Shown in pieces: positions 8,459-18,611 of a DNA stretch of 38,175 nucleotides. Source of the stretch: Patescibacteria group bacterium (GTDB lineage: Bacteria > Patescibacteriota > Minisyncoccia > Phycocordibacterales > CAIRYW01); NCBI GenBank assembly GCA_040390775.1, contig JAZJXR010000025.1, forward strand, positions 1-38,175, written 5' to 3'. The position numbers and the translations under genes are program-made. Under the pieces are notes generated by a model. It saw only the letters and a list, made by a program, of their open reading frames with translations. It was not told where the DNA came from and searched no databases. Positions within the stretch are counted from its first letter, which is position 1, and every line of letters starts with the position of its first letter.

Positions 8459-10627
8459 ATGGTAGACAACTTTAATTTTGATACGGTATCCGACTACAAG
8501 GGCTATGTGAGTGCCCGAGATAAAACAAACGTCTCTAAAAACGTACTAGTGCGCGGCTCAAAGAACGTATACAAAAAACTATCGGGCACGATTTCCGTGC
8601 GCGACGGGCTCAAAAAAAGAGGTTCTGCAGACACGACTGTAGCCGGAATCGCTTCTAGCTTTGAATGGAATACCTCGCTTGGTGTTGTGCGACCGATTCG
8701 CGTCGTTGCTGCGACATCAGCTGGAAGTGACGCTAAACTACAGGTAGAAAGCGATGCGCTGACTTCTGGCACATTCGTATGGTATGACCTAATGACTGGC
8801 CTCTCCAAAACTAGATTTGTATTTGATCCGTGGTGGGATAACACAAATAAAAAAGATAAACTGATTTTCGTCAAAGGAGATTCGAATCTTTATTATTGGA
8901 GCGGAGGGGTAGCAGGTGTGACGAGCGGCGCTGGCACGACTTTGACCAAATCCAATAGCGCAAAAACATGGGCACAAGATGGCTTTGATGCTTCTACTCT
9001 AGCGACTGCCGGATCAACTACGACTCAATTTGATATCACAAATCCAGCAGGTACTACATTTCGATACACATACGATGGAACAGGGACTGATCCTTTGATA
9101 AGCGCCACCACCATTCCTATAGGATCATACGTGTACCTAGGCGCGCAGAACTTTGCCGCGGGGAATAATGGCTTTTTCGTAGTGACTGGTGTAGGTACAA
9201 ATTACTTCGAAGTAACAAATGCCGTGGGCGTGGTGGAGAGCAATAAAACTATCGGATCGGGATTCGTGTATTTGAACTTTGTAAAGGTGATTGATATCGG
9301 GGGAGTAAAGTATGCCTATACGGGTGGAGAGAACACACAGACATTGACAGGCATGCTTCCCTCAACTGCTGCTATCACTTCTAGCGTAGCTGTGCAGGCT
9401 CCTGTGCTTGTATCTACCGCGCTACCTGCCTCTGGCTTTAATAATGATTTCATCAAGGTGATTGGCAATAGACTTCACGTGGGATCATATACATCGAGAG
9501 TAATATATATATCTGCCAACACGGATTTTTCTAGTTTTACGGTGCCCTCGCCACGCACTCCCGGATCGGCCGAGCTTTTGACACTGGATAATGCTGCCGT
9601 TGGTATCAGCGTGCGTAATGGAAATGCCCATATTTCGGCGGGCACTTCTGATTGGTATGAAATACTATACGAATCCATTACTGTATCAACCACCTTGACC
9701 GAGGCCACAAAGGTAGACAAAAAGCCTGTGTCATATCTTGGGGCCGCGCTGGCTCATGAATTCATCGATACTGTGGGCAACGACATCGTATATATTTCTC
9801 AAGATCAACAACTACGCGTATTCGGAGCTTTCCGAAACTTGGCCCAAGCGAAATATCCGTCCCTCTCTCAAGACGTGCAGGTAGAATTCGCCCAAGAAAA
9901 CTTTACTGGCGGAGCCCTGCGCTGCGTTGGCGATTTCATCTACGTTACTGCGCCTGTGAATGGCCGAGATTGGATGCATCAGACTCGAGAAACTGTGGAT
10001 GCTGCAGGAAATGTAGTGGCCGAAAGATTATGGCATCCGCCACAGATACGAAATATATCCAGATTCGCTGTAATCTCGGGCGTGCTTTATGGACATTCAA
10101 ATGCTAACCCAATGATCTATCAAGTATGGGATACCCTGCAATGGAGCGATGACGGCCCAGCTGGCGATGCGCTGCCCTATACGGCTGTGATGAAAATGAG
10201 CTATAGAAATCTAAAAGGGCGCCGCCAAGGCTTGATGTACTTCGATAAAGTATATTTCGAAGGATATATGACTCAAGGTACTCTGCTCTATGCAAATATC
10301 TATATGGACTACCAAGGTAATGCTGGCATTCAGAATATAACAATCAATGCGCTCCAAAATCTGGCACAATTCTTCTTCGGAATAAATCCACCATCAATGG
10401 GTACTTCAAGCCTTGGGGATAACCCACTTGGAGATGGATTAACGCCAGATGTGAATGATCAAGAACTCTTGCCGAAATTCCGCGCTATCCGTGGTGTGGA
10501 TTCCGTCAACGTATTCGAATATGATATCGAGATATATTCGAGCGACTTGGATTGCCGATGGGAGATCCTTTCCGAAGGTGCAAATCCGGTAATAGCACCA
10601 CAACAGGCTACTTTTCTTAGGAAATAA
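8459..10627 (+). CDS. Large virion structural protein (tail-tubular-B / nozzle position)
   Basis: 722-aa ORF following 7267..8454. The call is based on size and order only. Confidence 0.4.
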   Translation: MVDNFNFDTVSDYKGYVSARDKTNVSKNVLVRGSKNVYKKLSGTISVRDGLKKRGSADTTVAGIASSFEWNTSLGVVRPIRVVAATSAGSDAKLQVESDALTSGTFVWYDLMTGLSKTRFVFDPWWDNTNKKDKLIFVKGDSNLYYWSGGVAGVTSGAGTTLTKSNSAKTWAQDGFDASTLATAGSTTTQFDITNPAGTTFRYTYDGTGTDPLISATTIPIGSYVYLGAQNFAAGNNGFFVVTGVGTNYFEVTNAVGVVESNKTIGSGFVYLNFVKVIDIGGVKYAYTGGENTQTLTGMLPSTAAITSSVAVQAPVLVSTALPASGFNNDFIKVIGNRLHVGSYTSRVIYISANTDFSSFTVPSPRTPGSAELLTLDNAAVGISVRNGNAHISAGTSDWYEILYESITVSTTLTEATKVDKKPVSYLGAALAHEFIDTVGNDIVYISQDQQLRVFGAFRNLAQAKYPSLSQDVQVEFAQENFTGGALRCVGDFIYVTAPVNGRDWMHQTRETVDAAGNVVAERLWHPPQIRNISRFAVISGVLYGHSNANPMIYQVWDTLQWSDDGPAGDALPYTAVMKMSYRNLKGRRQGLMYFDKVYFEGYMTQGTLLYANIYMDYQGNAGIQNITINALQNLAQFFFGINPPSMGTSSLGDNPLGDGLTPDVNDQELLPKFRAIRGVDSVNVFEYDIEIYSSDLDCRWEILSEGANPVIAPQQATFLRK

Positions 10628-10655
10628 TTATTATTTAATGATAAAATAAAACTAT

Positions 10656-11882
10656 ATGGAAATACTCAAATCAATAGGAAGCGCGATAGCTGGAACATGG
10701 ATGGCAATCTCGTCATTCTTTGGAATCCAAAAAGAAATTCCACAAGCACCTGTGATTCCAATTGTAGCTACCGAGTCTCAAAATCTTGGCGGATTCAATC
10801 CAGCTGGCGGATTGACATATCGATTGCAAGCATCGGTAGGTACGACCGATACGACGGTACGCCTTTCTTCTTTCAAGAATCGATCTGGCCTCGCATTGAC
10901 AATGGGATCGAATTCCCTCAATACTTCGATCGGCTACGGAACACTTGATCCGCAGAATCCGACTCGATCGGAATTTATTTCCTTTACTGGCGTCACTCAA
11001 AATACCGATGGCACAGCAATATTGACGGGCGTGACACGCGGGCTTTCGGACATATTCCCATATACTGCATCAACAACTCTACGTCTCTCACACTCCGGCC
11101 AATCGATCTTCATTCTTTCTGATTCCCCACAGCATTTCTCCGAATATGCCGTGAAGCAGAATGCGCAACTTATATCAGGCCAATGGACAGCATCATCTAC
11201 AGCTCCGCTGGCATATGACAATCTTTGGTATGCAACAGCGGCATCATCTACCAATCCACAGATTCAAAGCGTGGCGTATACATACAATAATTACGTACGC
11301 AGCAAAGAATCTACGACTGTTACGGCCACCACAACGTATAGCTCTGCTGGTGGAATTGTACTAACAAATGCCCCATCAAATGCCACAGATGCAGCGAATA
11401 AAGCCTACGTAGATGGCGTGGCTTTGGTAAGCGCACCAAATGCAGACTATACGACCAGGGGTGTCGTAGAGCAGGCCACAGTGACAGAATTGAATGCTGG
11501 TACGGCCAATGGAGGCACAGGCGCGCGACTGTTTATAAATCCTTCAGATCTTCTGAATTCTAATTATGCATCTTCAACTTCAAGATCATTCGCTACTTCT
11601 ACAACTGGATACTTGCAAAGATCTATCAGCATGAGTGCAAATCAAACGGTGCTTTTCTGGGGTACATGTGAGAGAGCTGGAACAGGAAACTTTTCTCTTT
11701 CCTATCGAGTAGTAAGCAAAACAGCATCGACTACCCTTGTCACATTTTCACAGCAAGCTAATACGCCTTCCTCCGCATCTTCCATGTTCACAGCTACGAC
11801 TACTTCTACTGTAATCGTGGCAGCTTCATCGGATCAAGGCTGTGACACTGCAGGTTCTTTATTGACGCTTGTAATGCCTTAA
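10656..11882 (+). CDS. Tail fibre / receptor-binding-like protein
   Basis: Motifs common in phage fibres: NAPSNATDAANKAYVDG and TRGVVEQATVTELNAGT. Ser/Thr-rich, with a hydrophobic N-terminus. Confidence 0.5.
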   Translation: MEILKSIGSAIAGTWMAISSFFGIQKEIPQAPVIPIVATESQNLGGFNPAGGLTYRLQASVGTTDTTVRLSSFKNRSGLALTMGSNSLNTSIGYGTLDPQNPTRSEFISFTGVTQNTDGTAILTGVTRGLSDIFPYTASTTLRLSHSGQSIFILSDSPQHFSEYAVKQNAQLISGQWTASSTAPLAYDNLWYATAASSTNPQIQSVAYTYNNYVRSKESTTVTATTTYSSAGGIVLTNAPSNATDAANKAYVDGVALVSAPNADYTTRGVVEQATVTELNAGTANGGTGARLFINPSDLLNSNYASSTSRSFATSTTGYLQRSISMSANQTVLFWGTCERAGTGNFSLSYRVVSKTASTTLVTFSQQANTPSSASSMFTATTTSTVIVAASSDQGCDTAGSLLTLVMP

Positions 11883-11886
11883 ATAT

Positions 11887-13404
11887 ATGAATGATTTTTC
11901 ATATATCGATACTGCTGGGAAAAGCCAGACCATATCGGCCCCAGATTCCGCGACCGCTATTCGAAAGGCGACTAATATAGATCCACACAGTGGCGTGCAG
12001 CTAATGACAAGCCCGACTGTGATGACTGACGCGAACGTGCGCGAAAGCACGATTCCAAATCTGAATGCTAAAGCCACTACCCTGCTTGCCCCGCCCGTCG
12101 TACCAGTAAATCCAAATAACGGAGATAATTATGGTGTTGTAGGAGGTAATGGATCTCCGAATTACACCAATGCGGATGGAAGCGTGAATTACGATAGCCT
12201 TTATGCCACTCTCCAAGGCAGTGCACCAGTCAATGATGCAAATACAGCTGGCGAGCTTTCACTACTTCGCGGCTTGCAAACAAGCAATGATGCTGAATAT
12301 AATTCGACAGTAGAAGCTATAAAATCGAACTATACGAATAAAGAAGCGACATTGAAAGAAATGCAGGATAATCAGACCAAGGGCATTGAAAATAGCCTAC
12401 TCTTAGCTGGATCATCGCGCTACGCTCCAATTTCTAGCGCTGGGGTGCTATCTCTAAAGCAAAAATCTGACATCGAATCATTGACACAATTACAAAACGA
12501 AGAAAACTCACTCATTGCGCAGGCTCGTTCGGCTAAAACTTCTAAAGATTACCAAGCCCTAAGCGAGGCTATGAAAGGCATCGAAGCTAATCAAAAAGTA
12601 AAAAATGATTTAGCTACAAAGATAAGCGAAGGAATCGCAGCGGATAACAAGAAAGCAAGAGATCAGCAGATCCAAGCATCAAGGGATGGCGCTGTGGCTG
12701 ATTTGCTACAGCAAGGCGTCACGGATCCAGCCGAGCTGCTTACTTCTTTGAATTACGATAATACTGGAAAACTTGTGGGAGACTTCACGGCTAAAGAGAT
12801 ATCAGATACTCTCGGCGCTATTGCTAAAAACAATGGCCTTGGAGATATGAAGAATTTGACAGGGGAAGTAAAGAATTTCCAAATCCTAAAAGAACATGGA
12901 GCGCTACCAGATGGCATAGATTCACTGCCACCAGAGCAACAGTTAGCTGCATATTTGAAATTCATCAAGCCTGGGAAGGTACTCGGCGCTCCTTCTGCTG
13001 GAAAGAAAGTATCCATGACCGAAGCTAAAAATAATAGCTGGCCTCTTTCGACTGTAGGAATGTCTGAAACTGATATTTTGAACAGCCTGCAATCAGAAAC
13101 AGCTCCAAAATGGTTCGTAGAAAAACTACAGGGCCAAGAGCAGCAATCACTGCAGCCACAATTCATCCAAACTCAATGGGATTCTTTCAGACAGCAAGCC
13201 AATAGTGGACAGAAAAGTGCCGCTAAATCGACAAGCAGCTCAACAGATTCCTCCCAAGCAGCATCATATTTCAAAGGAATTCTTGGTGATCAACTATCAG
13301 ATGATGATTTAAAGCAACTGACTGATCGCGTGGATCTATACATGAAGGGCGGATATACCTATAAGGCAGCGGTGGCGCAGGTGATGAAAGACGCAGGGCA
13401 ATAA
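11887..13404 (+). CDS. Internal virion / ejection protein candidate
   Basis: 505-aa, coiled-coil-rich protein immediately before the giant gene, as for T7 gp14/15-type genes. Position-based call. Confidence 0.3.
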   Translation: MNDFSYIDTAGKSQTISAPDSATAIRKATNIDPHSGVQLMTSPTVMTDANVRESTIPNLNAKATTLLAPPVVPVNPNNGDNYGVVGGNGSPNYTNADGSVNYDSLYATLQGSAPVNDANTAGELSLLRGLQTSNDAEYNSTVEAIKSNYTNKEATLKEMQDNQTKGIENSLLLAGSSRYAPISSAGVLSLKQKSDIESLTQLQNEENSLIAQARSAKTSKDYQALSEAMKGIEANQKVKNDLATKISEGIAADNKKARDQQIQASRDGAVADLLQQGVTDPAELLTSLNYDNTGKLVGDFTAKEISDTLGAIAKNNGLGDMKNLTGEVKNFQILKEHGALPDGIDSLPPEQQLAAYLKFIKPGKVLGAPSAGKKVSMTEAKNNSWPLSTVGMSETDILNSLQSETAPKWFVEKLQGQEQQSLQPQFIQTQWDSFRQQANSGQKSAAKSTSSSTDSSQAASYFKGILGDQLSDDDLKQLTDRVDLYMKGGYTYKAAVAQVMKDAGQ

Positions 13405-13408
13405 TATT

Positions 13409-16400
13409 ATGGCAAATCTTGATTTCTTATCTGCTCCGATACCTATAGCAAAGGCGAACGGCTCGAGTTTTGCTCCAGTAATCAGCCCTGCACCTTTTCC
13501 AGCTGGAATCGCGACGCCTAAAACAGCTTCGATAGCTTCCCCAGCACCTAAACCCATTTCCTTTTTACCTATAGAAAATGGCCATATCACCCCTCCTACT
13601 GAATTAGGAAAAACTACTCAAGGAGCTATAAAAGAATTTGCAGAATCTGGAATAGAAAGCATCGCTAATTTTGCGAATAATTTGAAGGATTTGGTATGGG
13701 ATACTACAGCGGCCCCTTTGATAAAGGCTACAACAGGCATCAATGCTTCTTCCTCTGCAAATAAGGATTTAAACTTTCCACAGTTTACCCACACCCCAAA
13801 GCCGGGAATGGAGCCCGCATCTACTGCTGGAAATATTGTGGGATCCGTGATCCCTTATATAGGAGGCGGAGAGGTATTGAAACCTGTGAGCGCTTTACTT
13901 TCTAAAGCTCCAACATTGATTCGTATTCTCGGCACAGGACTCATGAATGCAGGCATCCCGGCTGTGATAAACCAAGTAGCACCTCTTGAGCAAATAAAAG
14001 ATGGTGACTATTCGCATCAGCAAACACATTGGGGAAGATTCGTGGCCGACCTGCCTAGCAATCTACTTTTTGGATTGACTTCTTTGATAGGAGGAAAACC
14101 GATCGTTTCTGCTTTGGCAACGGGAGGATCACAATTTGCTCTCGGAGCATCACAAGGCAAAGATCTCACTTCAAATATTGTAAACTCGACAGTGCTCACT
14201 CTATTCGGATTGACTGGACATGGCCAAACTGACCAGAAATCAGATATAAATACAGTAGAAGGCATGAGACAAAGGGCGCAGGAAGTATTGAACACAGACC
14301 TAGGGCCAAACCCAACACCCCAAGATCAAGCTGTCAAAGAAGCAGCAAAAAGTTTCTTGGAATCCAATCCAGCAGAACAGCAAAGCTTCATTGGGCAAGC
14401 AAAAGCAATATGGCAAAAGGTAGTAGATCATTACAATTCAATCCCTAATAAACAAGGTGGAATTATAAAAAACCCATTCTACAAAGGAGAAGAGAATCTG
14501 ACTCCAGTAGATGTGATCAATAAACATATAGATACAGCAAACGAAGTGCTGGATAATCCAGACACAAAAGACATTCTGAAAACCAACACCGAACACCCAA
14601 AAGAATATCTGAATCAAGTACAGAATGAAATCGCGACTGGCCTAAAGGCCGAAGGATTTGAGGCTGAATCAAAGGCTGTAGCCAGTCTAGACGCGCAAAG
14701 CTACGGATCTATAGAAGAGCTAGCAAGCGCTGCGCATGAGGCTGTAAGAAGCCTAAAAATAGCTCCTAGCGAAGCTACAAATCCTTTGGCAGCATTGTCT
14801 AAACCCATTGATATCGTGGGTGAAAAACCTACTGCAAATTTTGATTTCATGACTAAACCAATCGAGATCAAGACTAAGGAAGAAGTGCCAGCTAAAGTAG
14901 CAGAAGCTGTCCAGAAAAAGAGTCAATTTGAAAGCAAACAGATAAGGCCTTTAACAGAAGAAGAAAAGCCTGCTTTGGCTAAAATAAATTTAGTACTCTC
15001 TGGAGAAAGCAACTCTGAATCTATCTCTGATATTCCGGGCTTCGTATCCGAAGATGGTAAAAAACGACCTCTTATTTTCAACAATATAGTAGCGCCGAAA
15101 GTAGCAGAAGGAGGGAAACATGGGCAAATGACCCCAGAAAACCTTGTCATAAATGCCAACGATTGGGAAGGAGTATTAAAAAATGTTCGAGAATTTGAAA
15201 ATGGAAAATTGGGCAAACCAAATCCAGACAAGATAAATCTGATAAAAAGGATTCCTGACTCGGATAATGTACTTCTGATTGGAGCTGACAGGGAAAATGG
15301 ATATTTTATGCTCACTCATTATGAAATAAAGCCTATTGAGGGTAATGAAATAAAAAGCCTCCTCGGAAGAGGAGATCTTTTCACGCCCGATGGGACGCCC
15401 CTGGGTCCAAAGGACTTCCTTACCACGCCCCCTGCACAAGGCAGTCTCGAGGGGGTTTTAGGACGTGGAGGCAACGATACTCTACATAATAAAGACAAAG
15501 AAGTCAATAAAACATTACAGGCTGAAAAAGATGCCGAGAGAAGCCAAGCGGGTGCCATGAAAGAAGCAAAGAATTATACGAATTCAGAGGAGCTCATGAA
15601 AAGCTTAGAGGAGCGCAAAGCATCGCTTGAAAAAATCCATACTGATGATCCGAAAGACAAAGTGATCATCCGAGCGATGGAATCGTTGGATAGAAAAATA
15701 CAAGAAGCGAAAAATCTGCCCGCGGATGCATTCGGCCATAACATAGTAGAAAAAACGCCCGCACCAAAAGCGGAGCCAACAGGAGATAAGGCATTCAAGA
15801 TGAGAAATCTATATTATTTGAACCTTGAAAAATCTTTCTTGGAAGATGCCATCAAACAAAACTCGGCAAAAGAATTGAAGCGATACATGATAGATGGAGC
15901 GCTGCCAGAAGTGACTGGTAAAGAATTCAAACGATCTACTTCCCGGACTGGAAAAATGGTAAAAAACAGTCTCTATGGACGCTTCGGAGATGATATTGCA
16001 AAGACTCATGGATTCGAAGATACGGCGCATGCTGATGTGGAATTTGAAAAGCTACAGAAAAATGAAAAGCGTCTACAGGAGATCAAAAAAGAGATAGCGG
16101 ACTCTAAACGAGAATTGGCAAATGACAACAAAGATGTCAAAGACAAGGCTGCGATGAATAGATTTCTCAATCAATCTTTTAAAGATCAAGGACAAGAGAT
16201 CCACGAAGCTGCTAATTTGGAGCGCGCTAAAGCGGAGGGCTACGACGAGGTGATCACAAAAGCTAACGGTGGAGTGACTCCGAAAGCTGTGCGAGGTGGA
16301 ATCAAATCGCCAGAGCTTGATTTTGAACATTGGAAAGATCCAAGCCTATTTGGAATGAACCGCGATACATTAGAGCGCAATGTAGATAAATTCGCACCAG

Positions 16401-18325
16401 AAAAAGATGCAAAGGCCATAAAAGAATTCATGGTGGATCCGCTTCGCGAGAATGAAAAAAATGCTGTAAAAGCAAAAAATGCTCGGAAAATAGAAGTAAA
16501 AGCAAAAATGAAAGAATTGGGTATAAAACCTAATTCTAAAGAGGATCTTCTTATCCGTCTTCTGGGAGAGAAAAAGATAAATATGGATTCTGCCATTGCT
16601 AGTAGCGATAATATAGAAGGAATACAGAAGATGATTTCATGGTATCGAAATAATTATGAAGATATCATTGATAATGAATGGAATCCAAAACGTGCAGAAT
16701 TTGGCTATAAACCTGTCCCGAAAAGAGAAAATTATTTCCGCCACGCTTCTGATATAAGCTGGTTTACCGATAATTTTGGCTTCCTAAAAGATGATAAAGA
16801 ACTTCCAACATCCATAGTGGGTGAGACTCAATACTATAAGCCGGGTAAGCCATTCTCCACAGCAGAACTCCGAAGATTAGGAAACAAAACAAACATAAGC
16901 GCCTCGAGAGGATATGATAATTATTTGGAATCTGTATACAAACAAATCTATCACATCGACTCTATCCAGCGCGGCCGCGCAATACTCAAATATCTAAACG
17001 ACGTAGCCAAGGCTAAGGAAGAAGAAGGCCAGCCGCTACAACTTCAAAATGTGAAGCAAAACATCACTCAATTCGTAGATTCTGGCATAGCTGGAAAGCA
17101 AGCTACGCTTGATCGAGGGATAGAAGGACTTGTCGGCCGCGGATGGATTCAGAGGATCAATGCCTTTAGCCGATACATCGGAAATAACATCATTCTTGGA
17201 AATATCTCTGCGGCCATGTCGCACCTTGCATCCTTGCCTCTAAACTTCGCGACAACGGCCAAGGGAGCTCTCGCAAAGGGAATCATGCACACTATGACAT
17301 CTCCTTTAAAAGAAGCACCTTTCACTATGATCGATGGCCAAGAATCATCATTCCTAACGCGACGATATCCAGAAGGAAAAATTGCACCTAAATGGTGGGA
17401 AACGATGAAAGACACCATGAACTTTGTGATGGATACTGCCGACAAATTCAAAACAAAGCTCGCTGTGTCGGGTAAATACTACGAAGGTCTAGACAATGGA
17501 CTTTCCAAAGAAGCAGCAATGAAGCAAGCGGATGAATATGCCGGAAAGATCATCGGAGACTATTCGCTCGGTAATAAGCCAAACTTCTTTAACAACCGCG
17601 CTCTTGGCCCACTCGTACAATTCCAGCTTGGCATGAATGATGGCCTTTCTGTACTGCTTCACGATATACCAAAGGATAACGAAGGAAATAAATATGCTAT
17701 CGCAAGCAAATATGCACAATTCGTCATTTATTCCTACTTACTTAATAAGATGTACAAAAATGTAGGACACGGAGAAAAGGGAATCAATCCCCTAGAATGG
17801 GCGTTGACTTTGCTTGGTCTGAATGATGAAGGTAAAGATAAAGCATTATTCGATCGAGTGAAAACAGCAGGAGGACAGGCGGCAAGCGAGCTTCCTTTCC
17901 TTAACATGTTTACCGGCCAATTCCCTGTGGCTACTACTTTGAAATATGCTGGTACAGATGTAATGGGATTGATAAAAGATTTGACTGCCGAAGAATGGTG
18001 GAAAGCGACAGGCGATGTAGGAAATCTAGCAAGCACTTTTGAGCCATTCGGAGGTGGCACACAAATCAGAAAGACTGTGCTTGGCATTTTGGCCGACACA
18101 AAAGGATCCTACACAAAAGGCAAACAGGAGATAAAAATAGATCCATCACTTTGGAATAAACTGAAAACAGCGGTGCTCGGTACTTCGGCAGCTACCCCAC
18201 TATCAAAATCATCGGGACTCCCACCAATGCCAAAATTAAATCTGCCTTCGCTCCATCTTTCGACAGGCGGCAAGCCGCTCCCTAAGCTGAATCTGCCACC
18301 GCTAAAGCTGCATCTAAAAAAATAA
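13409..18325 (+). CDS. Giant virion protein (internal core / ejection or tape-measure-like), 1638 aa
   Basis: Uninterrupted 4.9-kb ORF. It has Gly-rich hydrophobic segments near both ends, a Lys/Glu-rich centre, and a C-terminal PKLNLPSLHL..PKLNLPPLKL duplication. Confidence 0.45.
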   Translation: MANLDFLSAPIPIAKANGSSFAPVISPAPFPAGIATPKTASIASPAPKPISFLPIENGHITPPTELGKTTQGAIKEFAESGIESIANFANNLKDLVWDTTAAPLIKATTGINASSSANKDLNFPQFTHTPKPGMEPASTAGNIVGSVIPYIGGGEVLKPVSALLSKAPTLIRILGTGLMNAGIPAVINQVAPLEQIKDGDYSHQQTHWGRFVADLPSNLLFGLTSLIGGKPIVSALATGGSQFALGASQGKDLTSNIVNSTVLTLFGLTGHGQTDQKSDINTVEGMRQRAQEVLNTDLGPNPTPQDQAVKEAAKSFLESNPAEQQSFIGQAKAIWQKVVDHYNSIPNKQGGIIKNPFYKGEENLTPVDVINKHIDTANEVLDNPDTKDILKTNTEHPKEYLNQVQNEIATGLKAEGFEAESKAVASLDAQSYGSIEELASAAHEAVRSLKIAPSEATNPLAALSKPIDIVGEKPTANFDFMTKPIEIKTKEEVPAKVAEAVQKKSQFESKQIRPLTEEEKPALAKINLVLSGESNSESISDIPGFVSEDGKKRPLIFNNIVAPKVAEGGKHGQMTPENLVINANDWEGVLKNVREFENGKLGKPNPDKINLIKRIPDSDNVLLIGADRENGYFMLTHYEIKPIEGNEIKSLLGRGDLFTPDGTPLGPKDFLTTPPAQGSLEGVLGRGGNDTLHNKDKEVNKTLQAEKDAERSQAGAMKEAKNYTNSEELMKSLEERKASLEKIHTDDPKDKVIIRAMESLDRKIQEAKNLPADAFGHNIVEKTPAPKAEPTGDKAFKMRNLYYLNLEKSFLEDAIKQNSAKELKRYMIDGALPEVTGKEFKRSTSRTGKMVKNSLYGRFGDDIAKTHGFEDTAHADVEFEKLQKNEKRLQEIKKEIADSKRELANDNKDVKDKAAMNRFLNQSFKDQGQEIHEAANLERAKAEGYDEVITKANGGVTPKAVRGGIKSPELDFEHWKDPSLFGMNRDTLERNVDKFAPEKDAKAIKEFMVDPLRENEKNAVKAKNARKIEVKAKMKELGIKPNSKEDLLIRLLGEKKINMDSAIASSDNIEGIQKMISWYRNNYEDIIDNEWNPKRAEFGYKPVPKRENYFRHASDISWFTDNFGFLKDDKELPTSIVGETQYYKPGKPFSTAELRRLGNKTNISASRGYDNYLESVYKQIYHIDSIQRGRAILKYLNDVAKAKEEEGQPLQLQNVKQNITQFVDSGIAGKQATLDRGIEGLVGRGWIQRINAFSRYIGNNIILGNISAAMSHLASLPLNFATTAKGALAKGIMHTMTSPLKEAPFTMIDGQESSFLTRRYPEGKIAPKWWETMKDTMNFVMDTADKFKTKLAVSGKYYEGLDNGLSKEAAMKQADEYAGKIIGDYSLGNKPNFFNNRALGPLVQFQLGMNDGLSVLLHDIPKDNEGNKYAIASKYAQFVIYSYLLNKMYKNVGHGEKGINPLEWALTLLGLNDEGKDKALFDRVKTAGGQAASELPFLNMFTGQFPVATTLKYAGTDVMGLIKDLTAEEWWKATGDVGNLASTFEPFGGGTQIRKTVLGILADTKGSYTKGKQEIKIDPSLWNKLKTAVLGTSAATPLSKSSGLPPMPKLNLPSLHLSTGGKPLPKLNLPPLKLHLKK

Positions 18326-18326
18326 A

Positions 18327-18602
18327 TTGGCCATGGAATACCATAAACTACACAAAATGATGAAAGCAGAAATACGCAATCCTTCGAATGGCGTTTGGGT
18401 GCAAGATCCGCTCCAACCTTTGGAATCTTCTTTCGCCCGTCCAGCACTTTCTGGTAATAGTCTGATAGCAAAAGGAAGCAAAAAAGCTGTCGAAGCTATA
18501 AATAGGGCAGATGTAAAAATGTTTAAACTAAGATTCATACCTATACAATACATTAAACATATACAATATGCAAATAGATATCCACAGGTGTCAATATGCT
18601 AA
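18327..18602 (+). CDS. Doubtful ORF (91 aa) in the 285-nt gap after the giant gene
   Basis: TTG start (ATG at 18333). The last third looks like translated AT-rich non-coding DNA and carries regulatory-looking motifs. Confidence 0.2.
   Translation: MAMEYHKLHKMMKAEIRNPSNGVWVQDPLQPLESSFARPALSGNSLIAKGSKKAVEAINRADVKMFKLRFIPIQYIKHIQYANRYPQVSIC
18576..18589 (+). repeat. AGATATCCACAGGT element, copy 1 (DnaA-box-like core TATCCACAG)
   Basis: Identical 14-mer at 27018-27031, with a near copy AGATATCCCCA at 26461. Both exact copies lie in non-coding gaps. Confidence 0.5.
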
Positions 18603-18605
18603 AAT
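18597..18605 (+). promoter_or_regulatory. Extended -10 element TGcTAAAAT, 6 nt before ATG 18612
   Basis: TG-n-TAAAAT motif. The hexamer ends at 18605 and the ATG is at 18612. Confidence 0.3.
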
Positions 18606-18611
18606 AATGCT

